In this document: positions 49,918 to 59,510 of the stretch, one piece after another
How positions within the stretch are numbered: the first letter of the stretch is position 1
Layout of the letters: every line of letters starts with the position of its first letter
Assembly: GCA_016124955.1 (NCBI GenBank)
Contig: WGMR01000008.1
Coordinates: 18,004 to 82,003 of the forward strand
Reading direction: 5' to 3'
Source: Alphaproteobacteria bacterium
GTDB taxonomy: Bacteria > Pseudomonadota > Alphaproteobacteria > UBA9219 > RFNS01
DNA: 64,000 nucleotides
The notes under the pieces: model-generated
The model's input: only the letters and a program-made list of their open reading frames with translations
Told to the model about the DNA's origin: nothing
Databases searched by the model: none
Translations under genes and position numbers: made by a program

Positions 49918-51756
49918 ATGTTTGACGTAATGCAAGTAGAGCGCGGCCCCCAGGTAAAGCTCGATCGGTCCCGCGATTCCATGATCACCGTTTTTGGCAA
50001 AGCCACCCTTGAAGATCGCTATCTTCTGAAGGGGGAAGGCTTCCAGGATCTTTTTGCCCGCGTTTCAATGGCTTACGCGGATGACAGCGCCCACGCCCAG
50101 CGTATGTATGACTATATAAGCAAGCTCTGGTTCATGCCCGCGACCCCGGTTCTGTCGAACGGCGGCACGGATCGCGGTCTGCCCATTTCCTGCTTCCTCA
50201 ATGAAGCGTCCGACAGCCTCGAAGGCATCGTCGGCCTGTGGAACGAAAATGTATGGCTGGCTTCGCGCGGCGGCGGCATCGGTTCCTACTGGGGCAACCT
50301 GCGCTCGATCGGCGAAAAGGTGCGCGACAACGGCAAGACATCCGGCATCATTCCCTTCATCCGCGTGATGGACAGCCTGACGCTGGCGATCAGCCAGGGC
50401 AGCTTGCGCCGTGGTTCGGCCGCGACCTATCTGCCGGTCAGTCATCCGGAGATCGAGGAATTCGTCGAAATGCGCCGCCCCACCGGCGGCGATCCGAACC
50501 GCAAGGCGCTCAACCTGCATCACGGCATCGTGGTTTCCGATGCTTTCATGCGCGCGGTGGAACGCGACGAAGAATGGGCGCTCACCAGCCCGAAGGACGG
50601 CACGATCGTGCGCCGCATCAGCGCCCGCGCGCTCTGGATCCGCATCCTCACCGCCCGCGTCGAAACCGGCGAACCCTATCTGCTGTTCATCGATACCGTA
50701 AACCGCGCGATCCCCGAACATCACAAGCTCGCGGGCCTGCAGGTCAAGATGTCCAACCTGTGCAGCGAAATCACGCTGCCCACCGGCATCGACAAATACG
50801 GCAAGGAACGCACGGCGGTCTGCTGCCTGTCTTCGCTCAATCTCGAATATTTTACGGAATGGGAAAACCATCCGACCTTCATCGAAGATTGCCTGCGCTT
50901 CCTCGATAACGTGCTGACCGATTTCATCGCCAAGGCGCCCGACAGCATGTCGCGCGCCGCCTATGCGGCGGAACGGGAACGCTCGGTCGGTCTCGGCGTC
51001 ATGGGCATGCATTCCTTCTTCCAAAGCCAGAACGTGCCGATCGAAAGCGTGATGGCGAAGGTGTGGAACAAGCGCATGTTCCAGCATATCAAAAAACAAT
51101 CCGATGCCGCCTCGGTCAAGCTGGCGGAAGAACGCGGTCCGTGCCCCGATGCCGCCGATTACGGCATCATGGAGCGTTTTTCGAACAAGATCGCGATCGC
51201 GCCCACGGCGTCCATATCCATTATCTGCGGCGGCGCCAGCCCGGGCATCGAACCGAACGCGGCCAATTCCTTCACGCACAAAACCCTTTCGGGCAGCTTC
51301 GGCGTGCGCAACAAGTACCTCGCGCAAACGCTGGAACGCTATGGCCGCAACGACGATGATACATGGTCATCGATCACGACCAACGAAGGTTCGGTCCGCC
51401 ATCTCGATTTCCTGACCGACCACGAACGCGATGTGTTCAAGACGGCGTTCGAGCTTGACCAGCGCTGGCTGATCGAACTGGCGGCAGATCGCGCGCCATA
51501 TGTTTGTCAGGCCCAAAGCCTCAACGTCTTCCTGCCGGCCGATGTGCACAAGCGCGATCTGCACCAGATCCACTTCCAGGCATGGAAGAAGGGCGTGAAA
51601 AGCTTGTACTACTGCCGTTCCAAATCGCTGCAGCGTGCCGAAAAAGCCGCGCCGCAGGTAGCCAGCGTCGCCAACGACGACAAGGCGCGCCGTGCCCAGC
51701 ACGAGCTGGCGGAGGCCGAGCAAAACAAGTACGAAGAATGTCTGGCGTGCCAATAA
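49918..51756 (+). CDS. nrdA: Class I ribonucleotide reductase alpha subunit (short form, no obvious ATP cone)
   Basis: PATPVL, PISCFL, SNLCSEI, VCCLSS, IAPTAS, SLYY, C-terminal CLAC; GGAGG RBS. Confidence 0.96.
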   Translation: MFDVMQVERGPQVKLDRSRDSMITVFGKATLEDRYLLKGEGFQDLFARVSMAYADDSAHAQRMYDYISKLWFMPATPVLSNGGTDRGLPISCFLNEASDSLEGIVGLWNENVWLASRGGGIGSYWGNLRSIGEKVRDNGKTSGIIPFIRVMDSLTLAISQGSLRRGSAATYLPVSHPEIEEFVEMRRPTGGDPNRKALNLHHGIVVSDAFMRAVERDEEWALTSPKDGTIVRRISARALWIRILTARVETGEPYLLFIDTVNRAIPEHHKLAGLQVKMSNLCSEITLPTGIDKYGKERTAVCCLSSLNLEYFTEWENHPTFIEDCLRFLDNVLTDFIAKAPDSMSRAAYAAERERSVGLGVMGMHSFFQSQNVPIESVMAKVWNKRMFQHIKKQSDAASVKLAEERGPCPDAADYGIMERFSNKIAIAPTASISIICGGASPGIEPNAANSFTHKTLSGSFGVRNKYLAQTLERYGRNDDDTWSSITTNEGSVRHLDFLTDHERDVFKTAFELDQRWLIELAADRAPYVCQAQSLNVFLPADVHKRDLHQIHFQAWKKGVKSLYYCRSKSLQRAEKAAPQVASVANDDKARRAQHELAEAEQNKYEECLACQ

Positions 51757-51769
51757 GGAAAAGTTTCTG

Positions 51770-52078
51770 ATGTCGTTACTCCATGCCCGCAAGATCATGC
51801 CCCGCCGCCAGCCCGCAAGGCTGGAGGATTTCGAAGAAAAGCTGATGTTCGGCGATCTGGCCCAGCTTCTGCAGGAAATGGAGCATGACCGCCACGCGCC
51901 TGAAGATCTGGTGCGCGGCCTCGAAAGCCTCAAGCACTTCCGCGATTTCTACCACGCGCAGGGCAAGGCATTGGATAGCGACAGCCGCGCGCGCGTCGCG
52001 ACCTATGATGCCGCGTGGTGCATGGAACTGATCGAAATGGCGGCCCGCGAACGCGGCGTCCGGCATTACCGCGCCTAG
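51770..52078 (+). CDS. Hypothetical protein (102 aa)
   Basis: AAGGA RBS at the nrdA stop; host-like codon usage; no motif recognised. Confidence 0.55.
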   Translation: MSLLHARKIMPRRQPARLEDFEEKLMFGDLAQLLQEMEHDRHAPEDLVRGLESLKHFRDFYHAQGKALDSDSRARVATYDAAWCMELIEMAARERGVRHYRA

Positions 52079-52084
52079 GCGGGC

Positions 52085-52825
52085 GTGGTGGAAGGCTCCG
52101 CATCAAAGCCCGGCGTTTTTGAGCTTCTCGGCCGCAGTTGGGGGGAGATCAAGGCAAGGCCGCAATCAACCGTTATCTTGGCTTTGCTTTTTTCGACCGC
52201 GCTTGTTTTTTCTGATTTCCTGAAGGGAGATGGCAAACCAGAAAATGTGACAATGCCTTTTATCGCCCAAGTTTTCATGAGCCAGGCATGGTTTTATGCT
52301 ATGGGTTTTTCTGGCGATGCTTTGTGGAGGAAAGGTAACAGCAAGGATCAACAAACCTCTATGCACAGTTCGCTAAAATATGGCGGGTATGCGCTGCTGG
52401 CTTTCTTGCTTATCTTTTTTTCAGGGTTTGTCGGTACTGTTCTTGTTGGAAAAGCCGGGAGTATGCTGGTGTCAGTTTTGTTCGCAGTCATTGCAGGCTT
52501 ATTTGTTGTTCCATTTCTGTTTGTTTTTCCGGCCCTTGCTTTTGGCCACCAAGCGTCTTTGCCGTTGGCATGGAGGCAAAGTAAAGGGTGGTATCGCAGA
52601 TTGCTCGGCGGCATTGTCGTTATTACCCTGATACAACTCGTCGTGGGTGTTTTATTGGGTGTTCTGGTTGGCTTGCTTATTCCAGCTTCGTTGGGTTGGT
52701 TGGCTACAGGCATACTCTATACGGCTGTCATGGCGCTTAACCTGTTATCTTATGGCTATCTTGCCCATACTTATCTTGCCGCCACAGGCCTGTCCAAACC
52801 CGATTTTTCTGTTACAGTTTCCTGA
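52085..52825 (+). CDS. Hypothetical polytopic membrane protein
   Basis: About six hydrophobic segments; SLPLAWRQSKG-x-Y-x-RLLG resembles YciC-like membrane proteins; visibly T-rich. Confidence 0.65.
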   Translation: MVEGSASKPGVFELLGRSWGEIKARPQSTVILALLFSTALVFSDFLKGDGKPENVTMPFIAQVFMSQAWFYAMGFSGDALWRKGNSKDQQTSMHSSLKYGGYALLAFLLIFFSGFVGTVLVGKAGSMLVSVLFAVIAGLFVVPFLFVFPALAFGHQASLPLAWRQSKGWYRRLLGGIVVITLIQLVVGVLLGVLVGLLIPASLGWLATGILYTAVMALNLLSYGYLAHTYLAATGLSKPDFSVTVS

Positions 52826-52849
52826 ACCCCGAATCCGAAGAGGTAAGCA

Positions 52850-53812
52850 ATGTCCGGTCTTCTCACTCCGAACCCCGTCTATAAGCCCTTCCGCTATCCG
52901 TGGGCCTATGAAGCATGGTTGAAGCAGCAGCAAATTCACTGGCTGCCGGAAGAAGTGCCGCTGGCGGACGATGTGAAAGATTGGCGCCACAAGCTCAACG
53001 CGGCCGAACGGAATTTGCTTAGCCAGATCTTCCGTTTTTTCACGCAAGCCGATGTGGAAGTGAACAACTGCTACATGAAGCATTACGCGCAGGTGTTCCA
53101 GCCGACCGAAGTCAAGATGATGCTTTCCGCCTTTTCGAACATGGAAACCATCCATATCGCGGCCTATTCGCATCTGCTCGATACCATCGGCATGCCCGAA
53201 GTCGAATATTCGGCCTTCCTCCGCTACAAGGAAATGAAGGACAAATACGATTACATGCAAGCCTTCAATGTCGAAAACCCGGTCGAGATTGCGCGCACGC
53301 TGGCCGTGTTCGGCGCCTTCACCGAAGGATTGCAACTGTTCGCTTCTTTCGCGATGCTGATGAACTTCCCGCGCTTCAACAAGATGAAGGGCATGGGTCA
53401 GATCGTCACGTGGTCGGTGCGCGATGAAAGCCTGCACACCGTTTCCGCCATTCGCCTGTTCCGCGCCTTCATCGATGAAAACAAATACATCTGGACCGAA
53501 GGTTTCCAGCGCGAACTGTACCTCGCCTGCGATACGATCGTGGACCACGAAGATGCCTTCATCGACCTGGCGTTCGAGCTGGGCGGCGTCGAAGGGCTGA
53601 CGGGCGACGACGTTAAGGCCTATATCCGCTACATCGCCGACAGGCGTTTGGGCCAACTCGGGCTGCAGCCGATCTATCGCGTGGCCAAGAACCCGCTGCC
53701 GTGGATGGATGAAATGCTGAACGGGGCGGAGCACGCGAACTTCTTCGAAGCCCGCGCCACCGAATATTCCCGCGCCGCTACGCAAGGCAGCTGGGAAGAG
53801 GCGTTCGAATAA
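52850..53812 (+). CDS. nrdB: Class I ribonucleotide reductase beta subunit
   Basis: HWLPEEV, FFTQAD, ETIH-x3-Y (radical Tyr), TEG, VRDESLH, NFFE-x4-EY. Confidence 0.96.
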   Translation: MSGLLTPNPVYKPFRYPWAYEAWLKQQQIHWLPEEVPLADDVKDWRHKLNAAERNLLSQIFRFFTQADVEVNNCYMKHYAQVFQPTEVKMMLSAFSNMETIHIAAYSHLLDTIGMPEVEYSAFLRYKEMKDKYDYMQAFNVENPVEIARTLAVFGAFTEGLQLFASFAMLMNFPRFNKMKGMGQIVTWSVRDESLHTVSAIRLFRAFIDENKYIWTEGFQRELYLACDTIVDHEDAFIDLAFELGGVEGLTGDDVKAYIRYIADRRLGQLGLQPIYRVAKNPLPWMDEMLNGAEHANFFEARATEYSRAATQGSWEEAFE

Positions 53813-53845
53813 GACATCCGAAGCCCCGCAAGTCGCCGGTCGGCG

Positions 53846-54013
53846 TTACTGCGGGTCGGTCGGGCTGGTTCCGCGGTTTTTAGCTACTTTGCTTTCGATG
53901 CTGCGCTGAGCGTCCGCTCTTTCTTGCGGGCTCAAGCCAATCGTTTCGCCTATGCGCCTGAAAAGCTCTATAAGCCAATGTGTTTCGTCGCTATCGCCGC
54001 GTTGCGCTTTCAT
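53846..54013 (-). CDS. Small hypothetical protein
   Basis: GGGGAG RBS before ATG 54013; TTAACCAT motif upstream (54090-54097); no recognisable domain. Confidence 0.35.
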   Translation of the reverse strand: MKAQRGDSDETHWLIELFRRIGETIGLSPQERADAQRSIESKVAKNRGTSPTDPQ

Positions 54014-54109
54014 ATCCATGCTCCCCATATATATTCCGTTGAATGGGGGGCTGGATATCACAAGGCTATGCCATTTTCAAACGCTTGTTATGGTTAAGGC
54101 GTAAAACGC

Positions 54110-55234
54110 TTATTCCACCGCGACCAGCTTGCCGAACACGCCGTCCGCTTCGTCGGCCGGGCCGGCGGTGAAGTAAAGGTGGTTCTTTTCACCCAAATGC
54201 ACGCCGTTGCCGAACAGCATGGCCCATAACCCATCGATCATGATCGGCTTGCCATCCGGGCGGCGCAGGTAATCGATCTGCTTGCCGCTGTCCGGGTCGA
54301 ACGCGACGATGGTGCCGTCGCCGAAATTTCCGACCAGCAAATGCCCGCTATGCTTACCGAAGCCGTCCGGTGCGGCGGCGATGCCCCAGGGCGCATCGAG
54401 CTTGCCCGCGCCTTCAAGTGCGCGAATGAACTTCCCGTTGTAATCGAACGCGGCCACATAGCCTTTGCCTGCGCCCTTGGTTTCCTCGCCCGGCTCCTTC
54501 GAAAGCTCGGCATACACAATGTAAAGCGTGCCGTTCAGCGCCTGAATGTTAAAAGGCGCATAATTGGCGGGGATGGTCCCGGCGGGTACGGCAAAGGCTT
54601 CCTTGCCAAGCGTCATGGGCTTGAAAGCGCTATCGAACACATCGATGCGCTTGTTGCCGAAATCCGCGAGGTAAAGCCGGTTGTGGTCGAGCCCTTCGGA
54701 AATCGCCATGCCCTTGTATATCGCGCCCTTCTTGCTGTTATCGACCATGGTGATGGAGTTGACGGGGCGGATGAAGCTGCCGTCTTCCTTCTTGTTTTCG
54801 GTCCAGCCGACGATGGAGCCTTCCTCGGTGGCGAAGATAAACTTGCTCGGCCCCGTGATGCCGTCATGCGTCACGATAAATTCGTCGTCGCGGCCATTGA
54901 ACACGTCGCCCGTGGGGTGCGAAGGTTCGGTCTGCCCTGCGGGTGCGGCGATGTTGATGAAGGGCGTTTTATCCTGATGCAGCGCGACGCCGTTCACGTC
55001 GCCGATATACATGCTGTTGGTGCCGCTATCGGTGTTGTTGATCCAGAAATGGCCGCCAGCGCCGGCGGGGCGGATAGCAAGGCCCCACGCGTTGAGCATG
55101 CGCTCGTCGATCAATTGCGGTTCATAGATCTGCTTGTTCGCGACAAGGTTGATCAGCTTATAGCCTGCGGCCTGCGAAGGCGCGGCGGAAATGGCAAGGG
55201 CGACGCCGGCAAGAATAAGGGGGCGGATAATCAT
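54110..55234 (-). CDS. TIGR03118-family secreted protein
   Basis: Signal peptide; LNAWGLA, GAIYKG, YAPFNIQ, LDAPWG, LLVGNFGDG, IDGLW-x2-FGNG, LYFTAGP; start uncertain. Confidence 0.85.
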   Translation of the reverse strand: MIIRPLILAGVALAISAAPSQAAGYKLINLVANKQIYEPQLIDERMLNAWGLAIRPAGAGGHFWINNTDSGTNSMYIGDVNGVALHQDKTPFINIAAPAGQTEPSHPTGDVFNGRDDEFIVTHDGITGPSKFIFATEEGSIVGWTENKKEDGSFIRPVNSITMVDNSKKGAIYKGMAISEGLDHNRLYLADFGNKRIDVFDSAFKPMTLGKEAFAVPAGTIPANYAPFNIQALNGTLYIVYAELSKEPGEETKGAGKGYVAAFDYNGKFIRALEGAGKLDAPWGIAAAPDGFGKHSGHLLVGNFGDGTIVAFDPDSGKQIDYLRRPDGKPIMIDGLWAMLFGNGVHLGEKNHLYFTAGPADEADGVFGKLVAVE

Positions 55235-55335
55235 GAGTATCACCTGTGTGGGCTGGAGGGGCTAAGCGAGTGCCCCCTCATAGCCTAGATGATAATAGGT
55301 ATCAATAGCAATTTTAAACTATTGTTATAAATAGA

Positions 55336-56595
55336 CTAACTGGCCCATCTTGTTAGAACCTGCGCCGCTTTCAGGCCGCTGCGGATCGAGCCTTCGATGG
55401 TGGAAGGCAGGCTGGTATCGGTCCAGTCGCCGGCGAGCACGAGGTTTTTCCACTGTGTCCATGCGCGCGGGCGGCGCTTCACCTGTTCGGGCGTGGCGGC
55501 GAAGGTCGCGCGTTTTTCTTTCACGATCCGGTGCGGCGGGATTGTATCGGGGTCGAGCCCGTAAAGCTTCGCCACATCAGCCCAGATCATTGCGGCGCAG
55601 GTGGAAGCGGGCAGATCGACATAACGTTCGGCCGCACTCACGGTCACCGAAACCACGCCCGGCTTGGCGAAAATCCATTCCGCTACGCCGCCGATGATGC
55701 CGCAAAACCCGGCCTGCGTGCGCGGCACATCGATGCGGTAATGCGCGTTGACGATCGCGCGGAAATCGTTCGGCACCGTAAGCGCGGGCACCAGTTCGCC
55801 CGTTACCCATGCCGGTGTCGCCAGCACGACCCAATCCTTCGGGCCCATCTTCAGCGTCGCGCCGCCGAAATTCAGCCCGTTCACGCGTTCGGCATCCATC
55901 TCGACCGCGCGCAGCCGCTGCCCCAGATGCACGGAAACCTTCATCGCCTGCAGCTTTTTCAAACACGGATCGACGAATGTTTCGGAAAGCCCGATTTTGG
56001 GAATGCGCGGCATGCAAGCCTTGCCGCCCGCGCCGAAGGTTTGCGCGAACACGTTGGTCATCAGCTTCGCGGCGGCGTTGGCGGGTTCCGTGTTCAGCAC
56101 CGCGACCGTCAATGGCTCCCAGAAACGTTTATACAGCGTGCCATAGCCGCCCAGCAGCCCTTCGATCGTGTCGTCGTCGCGCGCGGTGAACAGCTTGACG
56201 ATCGAGGCGTAGTCGGCCGTTCTGGTTTCCGGCACGCGATGGCGGGGGGAGAAAATCCACCACGGCACCATGCCCTTGTTCATGCGCACGACCCATCGCC
56301 CGCCATGCGCGACGTCGGCGAACGGGAAAACCGGCTCGTCCGGTCCCGCCAGCGTATCTTCGGCGCCGGTGAAAAACAGATAATCCATCATCACCATGTT
56401 GCCGGAAAGCACGAGATGGTTGCCGTTATCGATCCGGCAACCGAGCTCGCGATCGAAATAGGAACGGCAGCGCCCGCCCGCCAACAGGCTGGCTTCATAA
56501 AGCGAAACCCTGAAGCCGCTCATGGCCAGGTGCAGTGCGGTAGAGAGCCCGGCCAGACCGGCGCCAACGACGTGAATATGATGTTCTTTATGCAT
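55336..56595 (-). CDS. hpnE: Hydroxysqualene dehydroxylase
   Basis: GAGLAGL, GGRCRSYFD, IDNGNH, KEKRATF, LAGDWT-x-T-x-LP-x-TIEG. Confidence 0.93.
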   Translation of the reverse strand: MHKEHHIHVVGAGLAGLSTALHLAMSGFRVSLYEASLLAGGRCRSYFDRELGCRIDNGNHLVLSGNMVMMDYLFFTGAEDTLAGPDEPVFPFADVAHGGRWVVRMNKGMVPWWIFSPRHRVPETRTADYASIVKLFTARDDDTIEGLLGGYGTLYKRFWEPLTVAVLNTEPANAAAKLMTNVFAQTFGAGGKACMPRIPKIGLSETFVDPCLKKLQAMKVSVHLGQRLRAVEMDAERVNGLNFGGATLKMGPKDWVVLATPAWVTGELVPALTVPNDFRAIVNAHYRIDVPRTQAGFCGIIGGVAEWIFAKPGVVSVTVSAAERYVDLPASTCAAMIWADVAKLYGLDPDTIPPHRIVKEKRATFAATPEQVKRRPRAWTQWKNLVLAGDWTDTSLPSTIEGSIRSGLKAAQVLTRWAS

Positions 56596-56610
56596 GCGGG
56601 CGTTTTTAAA

Positions 56611-57465
56611 CTATAGGCTCGAAAGCGCCAGCCAAATTTTCCGCCACAGCGGCAATTCCACGCGTTTGCGGGTTTCCTGCCAATCCTGTTCGATCAGGCG
56701 GTCAAGGATGGCACGGTAATAGGCGCCCATGATGCGCGCGGGGCGCATGGCGCGCCGGTCGCATTGCCGCATGGCGTCGCGCGCCTCGCGGAAATGACCG
56801 AGTGCGACTTCGGCAAGGTCGCGGCACACGCGCGGCAAATCCACATGCGCCAGCACCATGCGCGGGGTCGCATCGGCCATGCCGTGTTTATACAAAAGTT
56901 CGTGCGGCAAATACAGCCTGCCGCGCCGCGCATCTTCGTTCAGATCGCGCAAAATGTTGGTAAGCTGCAGCGCGCGCCCCAAATGGTGCGCAACCCGCAT
57001 CGCCTGTGCGCTGCTGTCGCCGAAAATCCGGACCGAAGCGCGCCCGACCGCGCTCGCAACCCGGTCGCAATAGGTATCGAGCTTGGCCATGCTCGGTTTG
57101 CAGATGGGTGCGCCCGCATCCATCTCCATGCCGTCGATGATCGCCTGAAAATCCTCCTCCGCCAGCCCGTAGGCGGCGACGGCGGGTTGCAGCGCCTGCG
57201 TGATCGCGTCTTCGGCCGTGTTTTCCCGGAACAGGCGCGCGATGCGCGTGCGCCAGAGCGCGAGCCCGGCGCGGCGCGCCTGCTCGTTCGGGCCGTCGTC
57301 CGCGATATCGTCCACCTCGCGGCAAAATCCATACAAGGCATACATGGCGTCGCGCCGCGCGCGGGGCAGCGCCATCATGCCGGCGGTAAAGGATGAGCGC
57401 GATGCGCGCACGCGCGCCCGCATCGCCGCTGCGGGGTTGTTTATGTTTATTGCCGCCGCCGTCAT
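56611..57465 (-). CDS. hpnD: Presqualene diphosphate synthase
   Basis: SSF, FCREVDDIAD, GMEMD, YCDRVASAVG, LQLTNILRD, GRLYLP; ATGA overlap with hpnC. Confidence 0.93.
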   Translation of the reverse strand: MTAAAININNPAAAMRARVRASRSSFTAGMMALPRARRDAMYALYGFCREVDDIADDGPNEQARRAGLALWRTRIARLFRENTAEDAITQALQPAVAAYGLAEEDFQAIIDGMEMDAGAPICKPSMAKLDTYCDRVASAVGRASVRIFGDSSAQAMRVAHHLGRALQLTNILRDLNEDARRGRLYLPHELLYKHGMADATPRMVLAHVDLPRVCRDLAEVALGHFREARDAMRQCDRRAMRPARIMGAYYRAILDRLIEQDWQETRKRVELPLWRKIWLALSSL

Positions 57466-58340
57466 AGCCATGCCGTCAGCAAACCGCGCAGCGCCGCCAA
57501 GGCGGCGGCGGGCTTGCCCAGCTTTACGTTATCCGCCAGCGGGTCGCGGCGCGCCAGAAGCTTCACAAGATCGTCCGCCAGCACGCAGATGATCGAAGTT
57601 TCGATCCGCAACCGCATGTCGCCGGCCTGGCGCGGCAGCATGCGCGCCTGTTTCAGCATCGGGCCGAGCAGGCCGAGCATATCGTCGAACGTGGCGCGCA
57701 GCGCAGCGCTCGATTGTTCGGCGGCAATATCGCCGATTGCCGCCCCGCGGGCCGCCAGCATATCCTGCGGAATATAAACGCGGTCGAGCGCGGCGTAATC
57801 CTTGGTGCAATCCTGCATGTGGTTGATGATCTGCAGCGTGCTGCAAAGCGCGTCGTTGGCGGGCCATGCTTCTTCGCCGGTGCCGTGCAGCGCCAGCACA
57901 AAGCGCCCGACCGGTGCGGCGGAATAGCGGCAATAATCGACCAGATCGTCCCAATCCTTGTAGCGCAACTTGATGGCGTCGCGGCGGAAGGCGGTCAGGA
58001 GATCGAGGCAATGCTGCGGTGTGATGCCGGTTTCGCGCAGACTTTCGCGCATGTGCACGGCCGAAGGCACATCGTCGCCCGCATCCGCCTTGTCGCACAG
58101 CACGGCGGCGAAGCGATCAAGGCGCGAAATTTTTTCCTTGGCTTCCAGCATCGGGTTATCCGCCACATCGTCCGATGCGCGGGCGAAGCCGTAAAAGGCG
58201 TGCACGTGGCGGCGGGCATCGGGGCGGATCAGCCAGGATCCGACAGGAAAGTTTTCATCGCCCGCGCCCTTGCCGCTCGGCGTTTCGGTCGCGCGCGGCG
58301 CGTCCGGCGCATGCGCCGTCATGTCTCTTGCCGGTTCCAT
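57462..58340 (-). CDS. hpnC: Hydroxysqualene synthase
   Basis: DENFPVGS, FARASDDVAD, YCRYSAAPVGR, LQIINH-x-QD. Confidence 0.93.
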   Translation of the reverse strand: MEPARDMTAHAPDAPRATETPSGKGAGDENFPVGSWLIRPDARRHVHAFYGFARASDDVADNPMLEAKEKISRLDRFAAVLCDKADAGDDVPSAVHMRESLRETGITPQHCLDLLTAFRRDAIKLRYKDWDDLVDYCRYSAAPVGRFVLALHGTGEEAWPANDALCSTLQIINHMQDCTKDYAALDRVYIPQDMLAARGAAIGDIAAEQSSAALRATFDDMLGLLGPMLKQARMLPRQAGDMRLRIETSIICVLADDLVKLLARRDPLADNVKLGKPAAALAALRGLLTAWL

Positions 58341-59483
58341 TTACCGGCGCGCCTCGGTGCGGCCCTTCCATTCGCCGCCCGCACCCGCCCATGTCAGGCG
58401 AGCGGAATCGCACGTCGCGCCGATATAAACTGCGCCCGCCGCGGGCAGCGCCAGCGTCCAGGCAGGCGGCAACCCGTAAAGCCGGATCATCGGCAGATAG
58501 GTGAAGGCCATCGCCGCGATGGCCAGCAACGCGAACAGCTTGCCCCAAAGCCCTGCGAACAAAATCGCCGCCAGCGGCGCGATGAACAAAATCGCCATCC
58601 CGAGCACGCAAGCGAGCAAAAGAAAGACCGAATGTTTAAGCTGTGTGAAGGCGGTGCGCGCGATCATTTGCCAGATCGGGCCGGTTTCGCCGTATGCGCG
58701 TACGCTTTCCGTATCGTTGCTCAGCGCCAGCAATGTGCGTGCATACGCGCCGGGCAGGCTTTTGTGCTTGATCAGTTTCGCCAGTTCACAATCGTCGATC
58801 AGCGCGCGGCGGATCGCGATCAAGCCTTCGACCTTGTCAAGCGCGCTCTTGCGCACCAGCATCACGCCGCCCGCCGCCGCGGCGATCGCGCTATCGTGGT
58901 CGTTCGCGAGCCGGAAGGGATACAGCATCTGGAAAAAATATACGAAAGCGGGGATCAGGATTTTTTCCGCCCGGCTGGCGCAATGCAGCTTGACCATCAG
59001 CGAAACAAGATCGGCGCTTTGCGTTTCCGCCTGCGTCACAAGGCGGCGGATATTATGTGCTGGGTGCCTGATATCGGCATCGGTGAACAACACAAAATCG
59101 CTGTCGGCGTGTTCCTGCCCTGCCTGCATGGCGCTGACCTTGCCGGTCCAGCCATCCTTGGGTTCGGATGCCGCAATAACTTCAAGCCGCTTCGCGAGCC
59201 CGAGTTCGTTCGCGATCTTGCGCGCCACGTCCGCCGTGCCGTCGCTGCTGTGGTCGTCAAGCAAAAGCACGCGCCATGTGCCGGGGTAATCCTGCTGCAA
59301 AAGGGAAGGCAGCGTCTTGGGCAGTTCCTGTGCCTCGTCGCGCGCGGGCACGATCACGGTGACGGAAGGCCAGTAACCGCGCGGCGCGGTTTCCGGCAGG
59401 AAGAAGGGCTGCCAGAACCGGCGTCCGTGGAGAAATGTAAGGTATAGCCAGCCGATCAGGCTCAGGAGTGCGAGGGATGTCAT
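58341..59483 (-). CDS. hpnB: Hopanoid-associated GT2 glycosyltransferase
   Basis: VPARDE, DDHSSDGT, GWTGK, FTDADI, LIDDC, MIARTAFTQL, GGEWKGR. Confidence 0.9.
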   Translation of the reverse strand: MTSLALLSLIGWLYLTFLHGRRFWQPFFLPETAPRGYWPSVTVIVPARDEAQELPKTLPSLLQQDYPGTWRVLLLDDHSSDGTADVARKIANELGLAKRLEVIAASEPKDGWTGKVSAMQAGQEHADSDFVLFTDADIRHPAHNIRRLVTQAETQSADLVSLMVKLHCASRAEKILIPAFVYFFQMLYPFRLANDHDSAIAAAAGGVMLVRKSALDKVEGLIAIRRALIDDCELAKLIKHKSLPGAYARTLLALSNDTESVRAYGETGPIWQMIARTAFTQLKHSVFLLLACVLGMAILFIAPLAAILFAGLWGKLFALLAIAAMAFTYLPMIRLYGLPPAWTLALPAAGAVYIGATCDSARLTWAGAGGEWKGRTEARR

Positions 59484-59510
59484 CGGGCGTGCCAGTCGTT
59501 GGTTGCCGGG

